A DNA stretch of 64,000 bases from Paraspadella gotoi (taxonomy: Eukaryota > Animalia > Chaetognatha): contig CM119271.1 in the NCBI GenBank assembly GCA_051294375.1, forward strand, positions 11,737,896 to 11,801,895. The letters are read 5' to 3'. The notes under the pieces are model-generated. The model was not told the origin of the DNA and did not search any database. It saw only the letters and a list, made by a program, of their open reading frames with translations. This document shows positions 40,671 to 55,073 of the stretch, piece by piece. Numbering within the stretch: the stretch's first letter is position 1; each line of letters begins with the position of its first letter. A program made the translations under genes and the position numbers.

Positions 40671-42277
40671 TCAACTGTTCGTTTGAACGGCGTCGAAACG
40701 CGGCGGATGCAGCATCCCGTTGGAGACTGCAGCAACGGCAGACGCCCCGGCAGGAGTCCGTTTGTGGGCGATGTAAAGAAAAGCGATGGATGATAAAGCG
40801 GAAACTAAAAAAATGACGTCGAACCATCGATGATAAAAGTTAAACTGAAGATCGCCCAAGACGTCGGTGATGATCATGCGATACTGCAGGGGCATGTTCA
40901 TTCGCATGAGGAGGACGGAGGAGACAAAGTACATTCCCATGATCTGAGCGAAGAGAAGAACGATGATGTTGGCCGATTTCGAACTCGAGATGGCGTAGAA
41001 GAATTTGGTGAGGGAGAGAAGGAGACCGCGGATCGAAGTGATGATGATGATGCCGACGATGATGAAGGAAATCTGTTGCGCCCAAAACTGAACGTCCAAA
41101 CGAAAGCCGAGGTAGTTGACGGCGATCTCGAAGCCGCGAGTGATGGGGTCCACGCGGCCGACTCGATCGAACACGATGTTGACGGTGGAGATGAAGATTT
41201 TCCAAAGGCAGTAGAGGGAGAAGAGATAACCCAAAGCGTTGAAGTATCGACCTTTGAAAGTCTTCGAGTAGACGATCCTCTCCTGATGATTGCGGAGGTC
41301 GTGCAGCTCGAGGAAGAGCTGACGAGTCACTTCCTCCAACCCTTGCACTTCCGCCTTTAATGCCCGGTCGTTTTCAGCCGAAAAGGCCGTCGGCGAAGCC
41401 ACGCTCTTGATCATTCCCCAGATGCCGGAACTTTGAGCTTCCACGTTCTTCCGGTGGCGTCGGTCCCGCTCGGCGACGGCGATACGCCGCTTCTTAAGCA
41501 CGATCATCTCGAAGTTCTGCATGAGCCTCCTTTCCAGGGCCTGAATGAGGGTTTTTAGATTTAAATCCGCATTTTTTTAATATTTCAGACTAAAAAATAA
41601 AATTAATTCGCCTCGTAAAATGTAAATTAAACCTCAAATTGCAAGAAGAAGAACAGCAGTTTATACCACTTTGAAAACTAAACTACAATATGCAAATGAG
41701 AGGAACGCACCTGAAAGTCGGCGTCCGTCACGTAGCTCATGAAGATGTACATCGAGGTGTAGGGATAATTGACGGCGCCGAACCCCGAAAGGAAGGCCAT
41801 GACGGTGACGCCGATGATGCCCACGCGACTGATCGCCTGTTCGATGGAGAAGATCCCGTGGTTGGGACTCAGGAGCGGGAACGGGTCGCCGATCTTCCAG
41901 AAAAACCAGAGAAAGACGAGGATGGCGGCGACGGTGCTGACGAGAGAGAGTTTGTACTCTTGGATGATCCTCACGTTGTTGACGACGAAGTAGGAGACGA
42001 AGAAGGGGATGACGATGATGAGATCCGTCAGCGTCACGTAGAGACAGAGGTACCAATGAAAGCGACGAGATGAGGGAGCGAGAACGTCGACGATCTCGAA
42101 GATGATGAGTTCGAACATCGCGCAGCAAAGGGAGAACGTCACCGAGAACACCGTCGTCACGCTCTGCCGGTGAATCTCGTAATCCTTGAAGAGCTGTTTG
42201 ATGAAGAAGACCCAACCGCCGGCGAAGAAGAGAAATAGGGAAAAGAGCATCACGCAAGAGTCGGAGAAAAAAGACAT
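40671..42277 (-). CDS. GPR89: Golgi pH regulator (GPHR), 2 exons
   Basis: MFELIIFEI, FWKIGDPFP, ISRVGIIGVTVMAFLSGFGAVNYPY, DRVGRVDPIT, LQFNFYHRWFDVIF; intron 41541-41710. Confidence 0.97.
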
Positions 42278-42799
42278 TTTTTTTTATCTCTCCCGATTTT
42301 AAATTGAACGACGTTGTTCCGCGCGATTCTCAACTTTCAAAAGATCATCTCGGCCTCGTGACCTCAATCATTTGAGACATGAGAAATGGTATCGGGCATT
42401 TCGGTTGAGGGAGTTTCGTGAGGGACATCTTATCGATACATCGCGAAGATGAATATAGTTTTATTTCTATACCTTTTAATAAAAAAACATTAAAATTTTA
42501 CTAATAAATAACATTTGACTGGAGCTGGAGTAAATCACCGACAACAACGTCCGATATACGTTAAGCAGTGACAACGTACAAGTGTGAAAATTTCGACAAT
42601 ATTTCATGCAACCAAGCTCTCATGTTGTTGGACTCAAATTTTTGAAGAAACAAGCCACAAATAGGAAACTTTGACAGTTTCGGTGATTCTCCAAGAATTT
42701 GAGTCCAACAATATAAATCGAAGTAAAAACTTAAAAAGAGGAATGAAAAAAAATATTAAGATCAAGAAATCCTCTGATTCGCACTCGAGATTCAATCTC

Positions 42800-44199
42800 T
42801 CACAAACTTTTCACAAAATCCACGAACTCCTTCAACGTCTCTTCGTCCAACGAAGAATTTTCGTAAACTTCCGCCGCCGACTTTTCGTCGAGATTATCAA
42901 AGGCCGAACGACTAAAGGTGAGCACGTGACCCGCGAGTTCACAGGTCGCCAGATTAAAGAGAACTTCTTCGCCGAACCTTTTCGCCTCCAGAATCTTTTT
43001 TCGGGGCCAAAAAAAGATGCGGACGACGGAGTAATCGTCGGCCACGCCCACCGTCTCCTTCGTCGTCGTCAGCGGCGTCCCTCGCGTCGCGTACAGATTG
43101 TAAGCGAGATCTTTCTCTAAACAAAGTCGAGCCAATCGAGCGACGACGTCCGCCACGGTGTTCATCTCGTTCGTCGACGAAAAGTCTAAGGCTAAAGCGA
43201 AACAGGAATAGTCCTTCAAGGAAAAGACGCCGATATCTTCGTTCAACGCTTCCGTCATCGGGATCGTCTCCAAGAGCAGTCGAGCGTCCAAGTAGTAAAA
43301 GTGAAAATGTAGGTGATTGACGGATGCGTAGGCGCAGAGGCTGTTGAACCCGAGACGAAAGGAAGCGTCGCCGGAAAGCAGCATCGTCCGCAGGGCGCGG
43401 CGGAGCTGTGCGGCGGCGGAGATGAGCTGAGGATGTTTTCCCGCGACGTCGGGCACGAAGAGAGAGTGCCCGACCTCGATCGGGCTATCGTTGATGAGAA
43501 GGAGATCGGTGGGGGCGTGGGCGGAGTCGGCGGCTTGGTTGGCGTCGCCGCCGCCGCCAATCACCGGCTCCATGATGATTTCTTCGGGAGGAATCTTGAG
43601 AAAGTTGAAGGCGTCGTCGGAGAAAGGCTGATGAAGAGTCGTTTGAACTTGAGGCGGACGACGACGTTGACCGCGCGACGGGTTCAACTGGACCAAGAGA
43701 TTCAAAGGTCCCGACGTTCGACGAGTGGGAATCGAATCGGAAGAGGGAAGCTGAGGGATCGGTTCGTCGTTGGTACAAGTAATTCAATACCAATCTTATC
43801 AAACATGAGACAATCTTACCGAATTTGTAAATCAACAATACTACAAGAAAATATCAAAATATTATTTGGAAAGCTTAATTTTGATCAAATCTGATTAAAA
43901 GTGTCTTTAAAAAAATAAAAGAAAACTTATAACATTTAAACTGCTACAATATGCAAATGAGATTGAACTCAATCTCAATACTCCGCTACAGTAAAGTCAA
44001 AGAAAAATAAAAGAAATCACAAAGATGGTAAAGTCATAAACCAGGCACATACCTTATATCGAAAGCGTCCCTCGTCCATAAGTCGGAACCATCGTTCGCG
44101 CAGTTGATCGTCGAACAAAGAAGAAGTTTTCCCTTCGCGTTTCACAGAGAAAATGAAGTCCTTTTCCGAGAAATAATGTTTTAGATCTCGCGGCGCCAT
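42800..44199 (-). CDS. GDPGP1: GDP-D-glucose phosphorylase 1 (HIT superfamily), 2 exons
   Basis: FRYK|..VQLNPSR..RR, FNFLKI, INDSPIEVGHSLFVP, RLGFNSLCAYASVNHLHFH, FNLATCELAGH; exons 44199-44053, 43750-42800. Confidence 0.92.
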
Positions 44200-45053
44200 T
44201 GAGATAAGAAGAGAAAGAGCAAGGCGACACCAGCACCTAGTAATAATTTGATTCATTTGTAAATTTTGTAACCAAATTTTGAAGCTGACGAATTCGTTTA
44301 GTCATTTTTTTAGTATTCGGATGAAAGGAGACCACAGCGAAAAATAAAAATATTGAATAATATGTCGCGCAGTTTTTTTTGTTTTTTTTTTGTTTCATAT
44401 CAGGATCGAAGCTTCCGTGAGCGACCAATCTCCCGGCCACGTTCCTCTTCGCGACGACGAGTTTTCCCTTTTCTTTTTTAGTTTCTTTCTTTTTTCTACA
44501 TTTCTTCCGCCGACTCAGTGAACCAAAGATGAACCTGGTTTTCCATCGTGAGAGTTTGGCTCTCAAACGATCACGTGACGAAGATCGAGAAGCGAAAGAT
44601 CGAAATCGAAGCCAAACGGTGGCTCCATCGAGTGAGGGAGATGGAGAGACTCCAAGATGTCAACGAATCAACAAAAGATCATCTTAGCCTCTTCTATTTT
44701 CCTTGAGCGAGAGTTCTCCATTTTCTTCCTCCTTCTCTTCTTCGGTCTCTTTCTTCGCTTCGAATTCTCGACCAATGGCAGGCTGAGCACGTGACTCCAT
44801 AACTTCGGTTTCCTCTCATTGCAGCCGAGTTCAGTCGATGTCTTTCGTCCAAAAGAACGACAGCTCGAAGAGGGAAAGAGAGAGAGAGAGAGAGAGAGAG
44901 ATGCCTGGGAAAAGCCAAGTACAAAAGTAGAATAACAGAAACGGAAAAAAAAAATTGATGCGCCGCGATCAATGAATTGCAAAGACGCCAACGAAACCAA
45001 TAGACATTTGTACACAATAGGATTTTTTAAACCGATCGATCGGGGAGGGAGGG

Positions 45054-45131
<78 letters not shown>
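45054..45131. repeat. (GA)n microsatellite
   Basis: Direct observation. Confidence 0.95.
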
Positions 45132-45135
<4 letters not shown>

Positions 45136-45696
45136 GCGAAAGAAATAATTTGTGAAGCTTTAATAAAATTTAAAAAAAAAACTACGTTCACCATAAAAAA
45201 TATATCACCCATATGAACTTTTGAGTACCTAGGTACGGTCAAAACGATTGACTAATTGAAGCATTTAAAATTTCGAATATCCTTGAGAAAAAAATAGAGA
45301 ATTGTAGAAAACTGCCCTTGACCATGCCCTTGACCATGTCAAAGCTGAAAAGCGCTTTGTTTTATAATATCGCCTTAAAAGGATTTCAAATAATTGCAAA
45401 ATCCGATTTGACGGCAACAATATCAATGATAATAAAACTGACTACGACTTTGATTCATCATTTCTATTCTTAGCAAACATGAAGAGAAAGAGAGAAGGAT
45501 AGATAGAAGTCAAAGAGAGACAGAGAGAAATAGTAAAACAGGCGCCAAAATGTTTTTAAAAAAAAGAGACGAAAAAAAATGTGGTCGTCTCTATGAAGCC
45601 CGAATTCACTTCGGAACCTGATGATAACTCGAAACTAAAAAAAAACTACATCCGACGAACGGCAACGAAAAAAAAAGAAAAAAAAACCCGGGACGA

Positions 45697-45992
45697 TTTT
45701 ACTTTCGCCGACTGAGGTAAGGGCGGTTTAGGGTTAAGGGTTAAGGGTAGTTCAAGGATGGTTTAAAGATAGTTTAGGGTTAAGGTTAAAATTTAAGAGG
45801 GTTTAAGGTAGTTAAAGCCTAGTTTAAATATAATTAGGGTTAGAAGGGTTTAAAGTTAGGATTATTAAGTAATAATTTTTACTATTTTTTTAGACATTGT
45901 GGTATAATTTTTTTAATAATTTTTTTAATAATAATATTTTTTCACATAAAAACAACCATAATCCCAGTCGGCGAGAGTAAAAATTTTACCCC
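45697..45992. mobile_element. Non-autonomous element with ~20-bp inverted repeats enclosing degenerate TTAGGG/TTAAGG repeats
   Basis: TTTTACTTTCGCCGACTG at ~45698 vs CAGTCGGCGAGAGTAAAA at ~45965; partial sister copy at ~36795-36920. Confidence 0.6.
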
Positions 45993-46114
45993 CCAAAAAC
46001 TTTTTGGACTCGGGTTTGGCCGCAGGTTTGGCCTTTGGACTACGGGTTGGGCCTCCTCGACGCCCAAGACCTAAACCCGACCCCAAAAAAATAAAAAAAA
46101 TGCCGCGGCGCCCA

Positions 46115-46699
46115 TCAAGAGTCGGAAGAAGAATGCGGCGCCGACGACGCCGTCGACCCGCGATTCCAACCTCTCGTCTCGTCTACTTCCTTCGTGACGA
46201 CGACGAAGAGCTCCTTGTCCTTGTGTCCGATTTGATCCTTCAAGTAACGAAGGACTCTTCCCTCGTCGCCGATCGGCTGAGGCGCCTCCAGTTTCGAGTC
46301 CAGGTTGTAGTAAACGTCGCCCACGCGCCGCACGCAAGTCCAGTGGCGCCGCTTGAGCGGAATGCGAATGAAGCCCCACTCGTAATCCGTGGGGATGTTG
46401 AGGACGAAGCCGAGGATTTGGCTCAAATCGAGGACGTCCACGTCCTTTCGTTTATCGAACCAGACGGCGGCGTGACGCTTCGTCTCCAGCGCCGCCATGA
46501 TCACGTTGATGTCGTAGTTTCCGAGACCGAGGACCGACTTGTGCGGGTTGATCAGCTGATCCGGCGAGAGGCGAGCGCAGATCTCGTCGAGCTGAGCTCG
46601 GGAGAAGGCGCGTCCGTCCTGGAAGAGGTTGTTGAGGGCGTGGAGGGCGCACATCTGAAGAGATTGACGCTCGTGGTACACGCCCACATTTTGCTGCAT
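46115..46699 (-). CDS. JOSD: Josephin-domain deubiquitinase (JOSD1/2-like), intronless
   Basis: VYHERQSLQMCALHALNNL, NPHKSVLGLGNYDINVIMAAL, RRHW, YYNLDSKL. Confidence 0.95.
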   Translation of the reverse strand: MQQNVGVYHERQSLQMCALHALNNLFQDGRAFSRAQLDEICARLSPDQLINPHKSVLGLGNYDINVIMAALETKRHAAVWFDKRKDVDVLDLSQILGFVLNIPTDYEWGFIRIPLKRRHWTCVRRVGDVYYNLDSKLEAPQPIGDEGRVLRYLKDQIGHKDKELFVVVTKEVDETRGWNRGSTASSAPHSSSDS

Positions 46700-47097
46700 C
46701 GTCGTCGGATCTCGAGGAGAGAATTTCAAGTAAAGGATGATCGGGTGTTAACGGCGATGGAATAAGGAGAATCGGTGTCGCGGGCGAAGTGGGCGTGGCC
46801 AATTGGAAGAAGCGCGTGGAAACATTCGTTATAGCGCGAAGACGTTGTTGTTGTTGCTCTTGTTCTCACGTTACAATCGTTTCCATCGTCAAAAGTTTCT
46901 TAAATTTGTAAATACAAATTCTTCTGAAATTGTATTAAATCATTGGATTGATGATTGCAGAAATTTTATGCATACAAATTCTACAGCTACTAAATTTTTA
47001 ATAAATAGGGCAATCATTATAGATTGTACTACGGAAATTCTAGAATTATAAATGATTCATTATCAATGAAAATTTAAAATAGTTTTTTTTTTCTTCT

Positions 47098-47994
47098 TCA
47101 AGCATTTTTGCCGTACATCAACGCTCCGTGCCTGGGAGGTACGAAGCATTTCTTATGCTCTTTCTTATCGGAATACCCTAGCATGTTGATATAGTTACTC
47201 CCGTTGATGCGAAAACTGTAGGAAGGAACTCTCTTTCTCACAGCGTCGATGGCTTCGGTGTGATATGCGGCCGGACCCGGCGATCTCTCCGCCATCTCGG
47301 GATCTCTCCTTCTCGGCCGCATCGTGAACTGTGGCGCACGTCGTTGGAGAGGCGCGTCTCCGTTCTTGAAATGGTAATTATTGGGCGCGGGCGTAATGTT
47401 ACGCGACGTCAACAGCTCGGGCTTAAAGGACACGATGGGCATTGGCCCCCGCTGCGGGGTCTTTTGCGGTAGCTTCTTTGGAAACCGCCTGATGGGGTAG
47501 AAGGCGGGACCAGGTATGTAAGAGCCAATGCGGACCGGGATGTCACGCCTGATCGAATAGACGGGCTCTCTTGGCATCGTGGACACGAGTTTCTTCATGG
47601 ACTCGGCGTCGGAATTTGGATAAGGAGGAGGATTCTGATTGGAGGAGAGCTCAGGGAAGCGAGAAGACAAGGGGGCGTGGCGGCCACGATCGCGTCCCGT
47701 CCTGCGCATGCGCGGGTCTTGATCGTATCCAGCAGGACCGAGGCCGAGACTTTCCGTCTTCACCTTGCCAGCGTCTCCGTGGTTCAAACGCCAGATAGGC
47801 GCCCGTTTTAAGGTGGCGTTGGTTTCCGGCAAAGAATAACGCGACGGCGCCGGATTACCGTACATCGAGAAGGTGGCCTGCGCCGGACGAGAGACGCGAC
47901 CGTCCTTGTCCACCGGGGGAGAGTTCCATGTCGGACCGCCGAAAGGGCGTTGGGGAGTACCGTCCGCGGGAACGCGTACGTCCGTGTTAACCAT
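47098..47994 (-). CDS. ODF3/CIMAP1-like SHIPPO (PGP-x-x-Y) repeat axonemal protein
   Basis: NPAPSRY, LGPAGY, PGPAFY, TPAPNNY, SPGPAAY repeats followed by AP.FT/YS motifs. Confidence 0.8.
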   Translation of the reverse strand: MVNTDVRVPADGTPQRPFGGPTWNSPPVDKDGRVSRPAQATFSMYGNPAPSRYSLPETNATLKRAPIWRLNHGDAGKVKTESLGLGPAGYDQDPRMRRTGRDRGRHAPLSSRFPELSSNQNPPPYPNSDAESMKKLVSTMPREPVYSIRRDIPVRIGSYIPGPAFYPIRRFPKKLPQKTPQRGPMPIVSFKPELLTSRNITPAPNNYHFKNGDAPLQRRAPQFTMRPRRRDPEMAERSPGPAAYHTEAIDAVRKRVPSYSFRINGSNYINMLGYSDKKEHKKCFVPPRHGALMYGKNA

Positions 47995-48723
47995 ATTATA
48001 TGACTGACTGCTGATTACGGACTGTTTTAATTATTGTAAAGATTCCTGACAAAATGTATTATGGGGTAGTAAAATTGAATTTACCGAAATAATTGTACAA
48101 TACTAACTGACCAACTGATCAACGCATTCGGTGAAAGTCATGGATAATGTTGACTAGTAAGCATTATGTGCGTGAGCTCATATTTATCAGTTGTTGTCGT
48201 ATTCAATATGAAATTAAAACTTTTAAAAGCAGTTAACGAGTCGAATTGTCAATCACAGTGGGAGTAAACTTGTTTGATTGGTGGCGATAAGTGGATTAAA
48301 TCATGAATGTAAGGGGAATATGACGTGATGATATGATTTCTGAAAGTGTGACCTCCCCTAACTTTTGAGATAATGTAATGTAAGTTTACATAGTAAGCGA
48401 GTATTCTTCATCGATGCTAAGTCAAGACAATATTTCAACCTTTTGATACCTAGTCATATGCTTATCTTATCTCAGGCAAACATACCTTCGTATAATAATT
48501 CATACGAAAAATAAAACCGCGCTTTTCGTGAGAAAAAGATTATTCGAAAAATAATCAACAAAAACTGAAACTTTTTTTTAAATAATAATGGAAGCTACTA
48601 GAAAAAATGAAATTCCTGAAAACTAAAACGTATTTAATCAAATATGTAAATAAACTCCACATCCCTACGTTTGAAATTAATTAATTATTAATTAATTATT
48701 AACGTTTGAAAGAGTTATTTTTT

Positions 48724-49599
<876 letters not shown>

Positions 49600-49797
49600 G
49601 TTGCTAGAAGTTTATTTTAACGATAAACAAACGAAAACATTAACTTTGATCTAAAAAAAAAAAAAATAAATAAAACTATAAATCACAAACGAAATGATTG
49701 CGAGGTCGGGGAACAAAGAAAAAAAAAACCAATACTATGTTGGGCGACGAAGGAAGGGGAAATGGGGAAATGGGGAACAAAATGTGGGGAGCGGACG

Positions 49798-50211
49798 TCA
49801 TTGTTCCTCGGGTCCTCTGATCGCTCTATACTTGGCGATCTCATTGGGAAAGACTTTATTCAATTCCAACAACAGCATTCCGCGAAATCTTTTCAACGAT
49901 TCGATCTTTCCTTTGACTTCAGCGTTTTTGGCGATGGCGTTTTCGAGGCAATCGTGAGTGTAGAGCTGAGGATTCTTCCCTTGATCAACGTAGTTGAAGA
50001 CGTCGAGAGGAACGACGACGTCTTGCATGCTGCTCTTGAACTGATCCACCGTCTTGAGACCGGAGACTACGGACTCGATCTTTGAGTTGAGACCCTGTTG
50101 AGTCTGAGGCTGAAAGTCGCTCACCATGATCCCCATCTCGCGGACATTTTCGATAAAGACTTCGAGGTTTTGCTCGAGGAGCTCGAACGGGTCCGTCGGT
50201 CCGCTGCTCAT
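49798..50211 (-). CDS. MED10: Mediator subunit 10, intronless
   Basis: LEVFIENVREMGIMVSDFQP, VPLDVFNYVDQGKNPQLYT, VKGKIE. Confidence 0.95.
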   Translation of the reverse strand: MSSGPTDPFELLEQNLEVFIENVREMGIMVSDFQPQTQQGLNSKIESVVSGLKTVDQFKSSMQDVVVPLDVFNYVDQGKNPQLYTHDCLENAIAKNAEVKGKIESLKRFRGMLLLELNKVFPNEIAKYRAIRGPEEQ

Positions 50212-50498
50212 TGTTTTAGGGCTTCGGAGTTGGTTTTTTTTAAAACAATATTCTTATGTCAGCAATACATATTTCGATCAGAATTAAATCTGAGGAAAGG
50301 GTAAAAATTGGAAACGAATACGTTTAGAAATACAAGGGAACTTCCTTAAAGATATTTATTAAAACTACGATCTCAATAAAAAATATATTTTCCCCATTAG
50401 AAAGCCAACAGTGATCCGTTTCTGCCGAGATGAGAAACAACTGACGAGTCTCATTCGTGGACCCAAAGTCCAATTCGTTGGTCGCCGATTCCGAAGAC

Positions 50499-51542
<1,044 letters not shown>

Positions 51543-52413
51543 TTTTTTAAATGATGTTATCTTATCTATATATAAAATAAAACAAATACTAAAATTATTC
51601 CTTGGTTCAAAAGGCAAATATCAGGTGAACTATGTTCGAAAAAGACAAAAATCATCGATGCGTCCAACTAAATTTCGACGGCAGCGACGAGGAACAAAAA
51701 TCTGAAAATCACTTCATGTGTTGATGTTATATCGATTTTAAAATCTGCACATTGGCATGAAATAAAACAGAACATAAGAAAATAGATGATTCAACGCAGA
51801 TCAGAGCAAAAAAACAGTTTTGAAATAACGATGAAATGAATTCTAACGGAACGCGCAAATTCAGAATTTCGACAAAAACATCATTACCACAGTGCCACTA
51901 GTTTCACAGATATTAGCCATTTATAATATTTGACTTGACTGGCAAATATAAATATGCCTTAACCTAATTGTATAATGTGAAAAAGAAGGCGACGGCTATA
52001 TTTATGCTGATTTGCAACCCAAAAAAAACAGTATTATCTACGACAGATCCATAAAAACTACTATTCACAGACTAACGCATCCAACCTCCCCCCACGAAAG
52101 TTCGTTCCGTTCACACATAAAAACTAACAAGAAAAAATCACAAAAAAATGACATTTTTAAAACATCTAGGAATGAAAAAGGATGTAAACAAAACACTAGC
52201 TAGATGATTGTCTGGTGATGGCAAAAAATCATAATTAAGACTAGGAAACAAAACAAATTACGACGTAATAGAAAATGTTGATTCTTTAGTGTTCACCTTC
52301 CGGATTTAAACCTAAAAAAAACTTATCCTTTTTGGCGATTCACATTTAATAACCGATATTTTCCTATCATTTCGTAATGAAAAGCGAAAAATGACCGAGT
52401 TGAAGGAAGGGAT

Positions 52414-53095
52414 TCAAGTATTCGCTTGCTCGCAGGCGTCGATCCAATCGGAATAAACATCGACAGGCTCGGACAAGTAGTTGATCGAGGTTTGGTAATC
52501 CTCGACGCAAACCTGAAGCGAAAAAATCGAGAGGAATTCACATTTATTGATGCATTGAGTCAATTAATAATTAATTATTTAATTAACAAAATAAAGACCA
52601 AAAAAACCGCAAAATGTCGAGAGAGAATTCGTTTTCCCACAAGTTATAGATATTTTTATGAGGGCTTCCACTGAATACAAAATCTAAAATAGTAACGCTA
52701 AACAGATAAACTAAGACAATATTCGAATATACTGGCGGTAGCTAAAACCGACTGTCTAAATCGAAAATCAGTAAAATATCATGAGCTCTTTCTTTTGTGA
52801 GCGTGTAAAACAGATGGAAACAAAGCTCTCATTAAGAGTCTATATCTCTACATTTAGAACCAGATCCCGCGATGCTCGCAGCCTTCTCACCCCAGTGGCC
52901 CACGTCACGATTGTAACAATCATAAACCTTTAAATCTCTGACCTGACATCGAATGGTGGCGATATTTCGTTGTCGATCCATCTTAACGTCGCACGATTTT
53001 TCGTGATTGCAAAAGGGACAATTGAAGAGTTGATCCAACGGCATCACGGGCTTCACTTTGGGCGGAGGTTTTCGTTTGCTGCGTCGCCGTCCCAT
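52414..53095 (-). CDS. ELOF1: Transcription elongation factor 1 homolog, 2 exons
   Basis: [30 protein letters not shown]|..[24 protein letters not shown]. Confidence 0.96.
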
Positions 53096-53393
53096 GATCT
53101 ACGTTTGGAATCCTCGACAAATCGTCTTAAGTTTGTTAAATTTCGATAGTTTTTTTGTAAATATACAACGACCTACAAATTCGCTTGAAATTAACGAAAA
53201 GAAAAACAACTGATGAACCAAAAGAGAATTCTAGAAACGTTGACAAAATCTCAATATGAATACAATCTTCTGGAAACTAGAAATTTTATCCATTATTTTT
53301 GTTTGTTTTTATTGCATTTTTATGTGGTTGGTTTCAGGTGGTCGTCTTGCTTTTCTTTCTTGCGGTTTCGGTTTCCTCCTCCCAACTCCGTCT

Positions 53394-53735
53394 TCAGTCG
53401 AACAAGGAGAATCCCATATCCTCATCCTCGGACTCTTCCTCCGACTCGGCCTTCTTCGCTTCCTCCGCCGGAGCTTCTTCCGCCGCCGCAGCGCCGCCCG
53501 CCGCCGGCTGCGCAACGCCAGGCGCCGCAGCGGCCGCCGCCGAGCCGAGATTGCCAATGAGCGAGGCGACGTCGGTTCCGTCGAGAGCCTTGGCGAAGAG
53601 CGTGGGCCAATAAGGCTCGACGCCCACGCCGGCGGCTTTGAGAATAGTGGAGATCTTGTCGGCCGTGATGGAGACTCCGTCGTCGTGAAGGACGAGGGCG
53701 GCGTAGATGCAGGCCAGTTCGTCTTTGGACGCCAT
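53394..53735 (-). CDS. RPLP1: 60S acidic ribosomal protein P1
   Basis: [41 protein letters not shown]. Confidence 0.97.
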   Translation of the reverse strand: MASKDELACIYAALVLHDDGVSITADKISTILKAAGVGVEPYWPTLFAKALDGTDVASLIGNLGSAAAAAAPGVAQPAAGGAAAAEEAPAEEAKKAESEEESEDEDMGFSLFD

Positions 53736-55073
53736 CTTGTGATTCGAGAAGTCTCTTTTCTTGGTTCAACAACAAAAAAAAAACAACTGTGAAAATAAGT
53801 AACCATCGGTTTGGGGGGGAATGTATATTGGATTATAAACGACGCTACAAAAAAAAAGTGTAAGGCTAGCTCGGTGAAAACGTGATATTTACGTAGAAAC
53901 GTGGAATGTTTATAACAAAGTTTTAATTATAAAAAGAGAAGTGAACTAGAAATCACTCGGATTAAAAATTTCGACGAGAAATTAATCTAATTTACTGACA
54001 TGATTGGGTTTATAACGTCACAAAATAAACTCACAGTATAAACGATTAGAGAACAAACAACGGGCGGGACGGCCTTGCAAAAAACCAGAGGCCACGAATA
54101 AATAAAATATCACACACCCAGTAAAATAATTCTAGAATAATATTTAACAATATCTATCTTTGAGATTTTAAAATATTCCTAAGATCCATATTAAGTCAGG
54201 CTGAATATTTACTTTTAAAAACAGCCCTAAGTGCTGCAATGAAATCAGATATCTTAAAAAAAAAAAACCAAAAAAAAAAAACGAGGAAAAACCGAGAATA
54301 GTAAAAAAGCGTTAAAAATCCCCGCGGCACCATGCAACTTAACAAATATACTATAATACGAAAAACGAAGAAACTGGAAAGAAAATGAAAATCCATGGTC
54401 AATTTGGTCATGGGCGACTTTTTATTTTGGTCAAACCCACGCGGATTAAAAAAAAACAGAAGGTCAATGATCCATCCATTCATCGCGAAAAGAAACAATG
54501 AGGAGAGAAAAGAGAAAAAAAAACGTGGAGAGGTTGGCGTCGTTTTTTCTCTCTCGTTTTCTTCGAGTCCGCAGCTCCGAGGGGGGGGGGGGAAGCCGCA
54601 AATCAAGAAACAAAAAGACAACAAATGAAATTTGTAAGTAATTATAAAAAAATTTATATAATTAAACTGCAAAGTAAGAAAAAATGTAGTTCTAATTAAA
54701 AATGAAAGTTTTTGTCGAAAGATGAAAAAAGAAATTAATAGAAAAATAACATAAACCTTTCCGTTTAATATATTGAGATTAGGATTTAATAAATGATCAC
54801 AGATGAGAGTACAGATACAATTATTTTATCATCAAAATTACGATCTATGAGACAGAGCAAAAATATCGGTCGCTAAAAAATATACCCGCGGCTCTCATGA
54901 GTGAACTTTTATCGAAATGTTGAAACTCTGCTCATTTCCATTTTCCGCCTACATAGAGCAGGAAATTTCACAATCTTTTGAATTAGCGTGAGCGAGTGTG
55001 ACACTATTATAAGAAAAGACGTAGCAAATCGGTGCTAAGCAAACAAAACGTAAATCCGTAAATACCAATTCTC

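Noticed and set aside
44505-44530. miR-9-like TCTTTGGTT on the minus strand
   Set aside because: Only the first 9 nt match and there is no precursor-length hairpin.
45720-45860. Interstitial telomere or chromosome fusion site
   Set aside because: Repeats are degenerate, enclosed by inverted repeats and recur elsewhere, which fits a dispersed element.
50441-50470. Second hammerhead (CTGACGA-GTCT..GGAC)
   Set aside because: Followed by CCAA instead of the essential GAAA.
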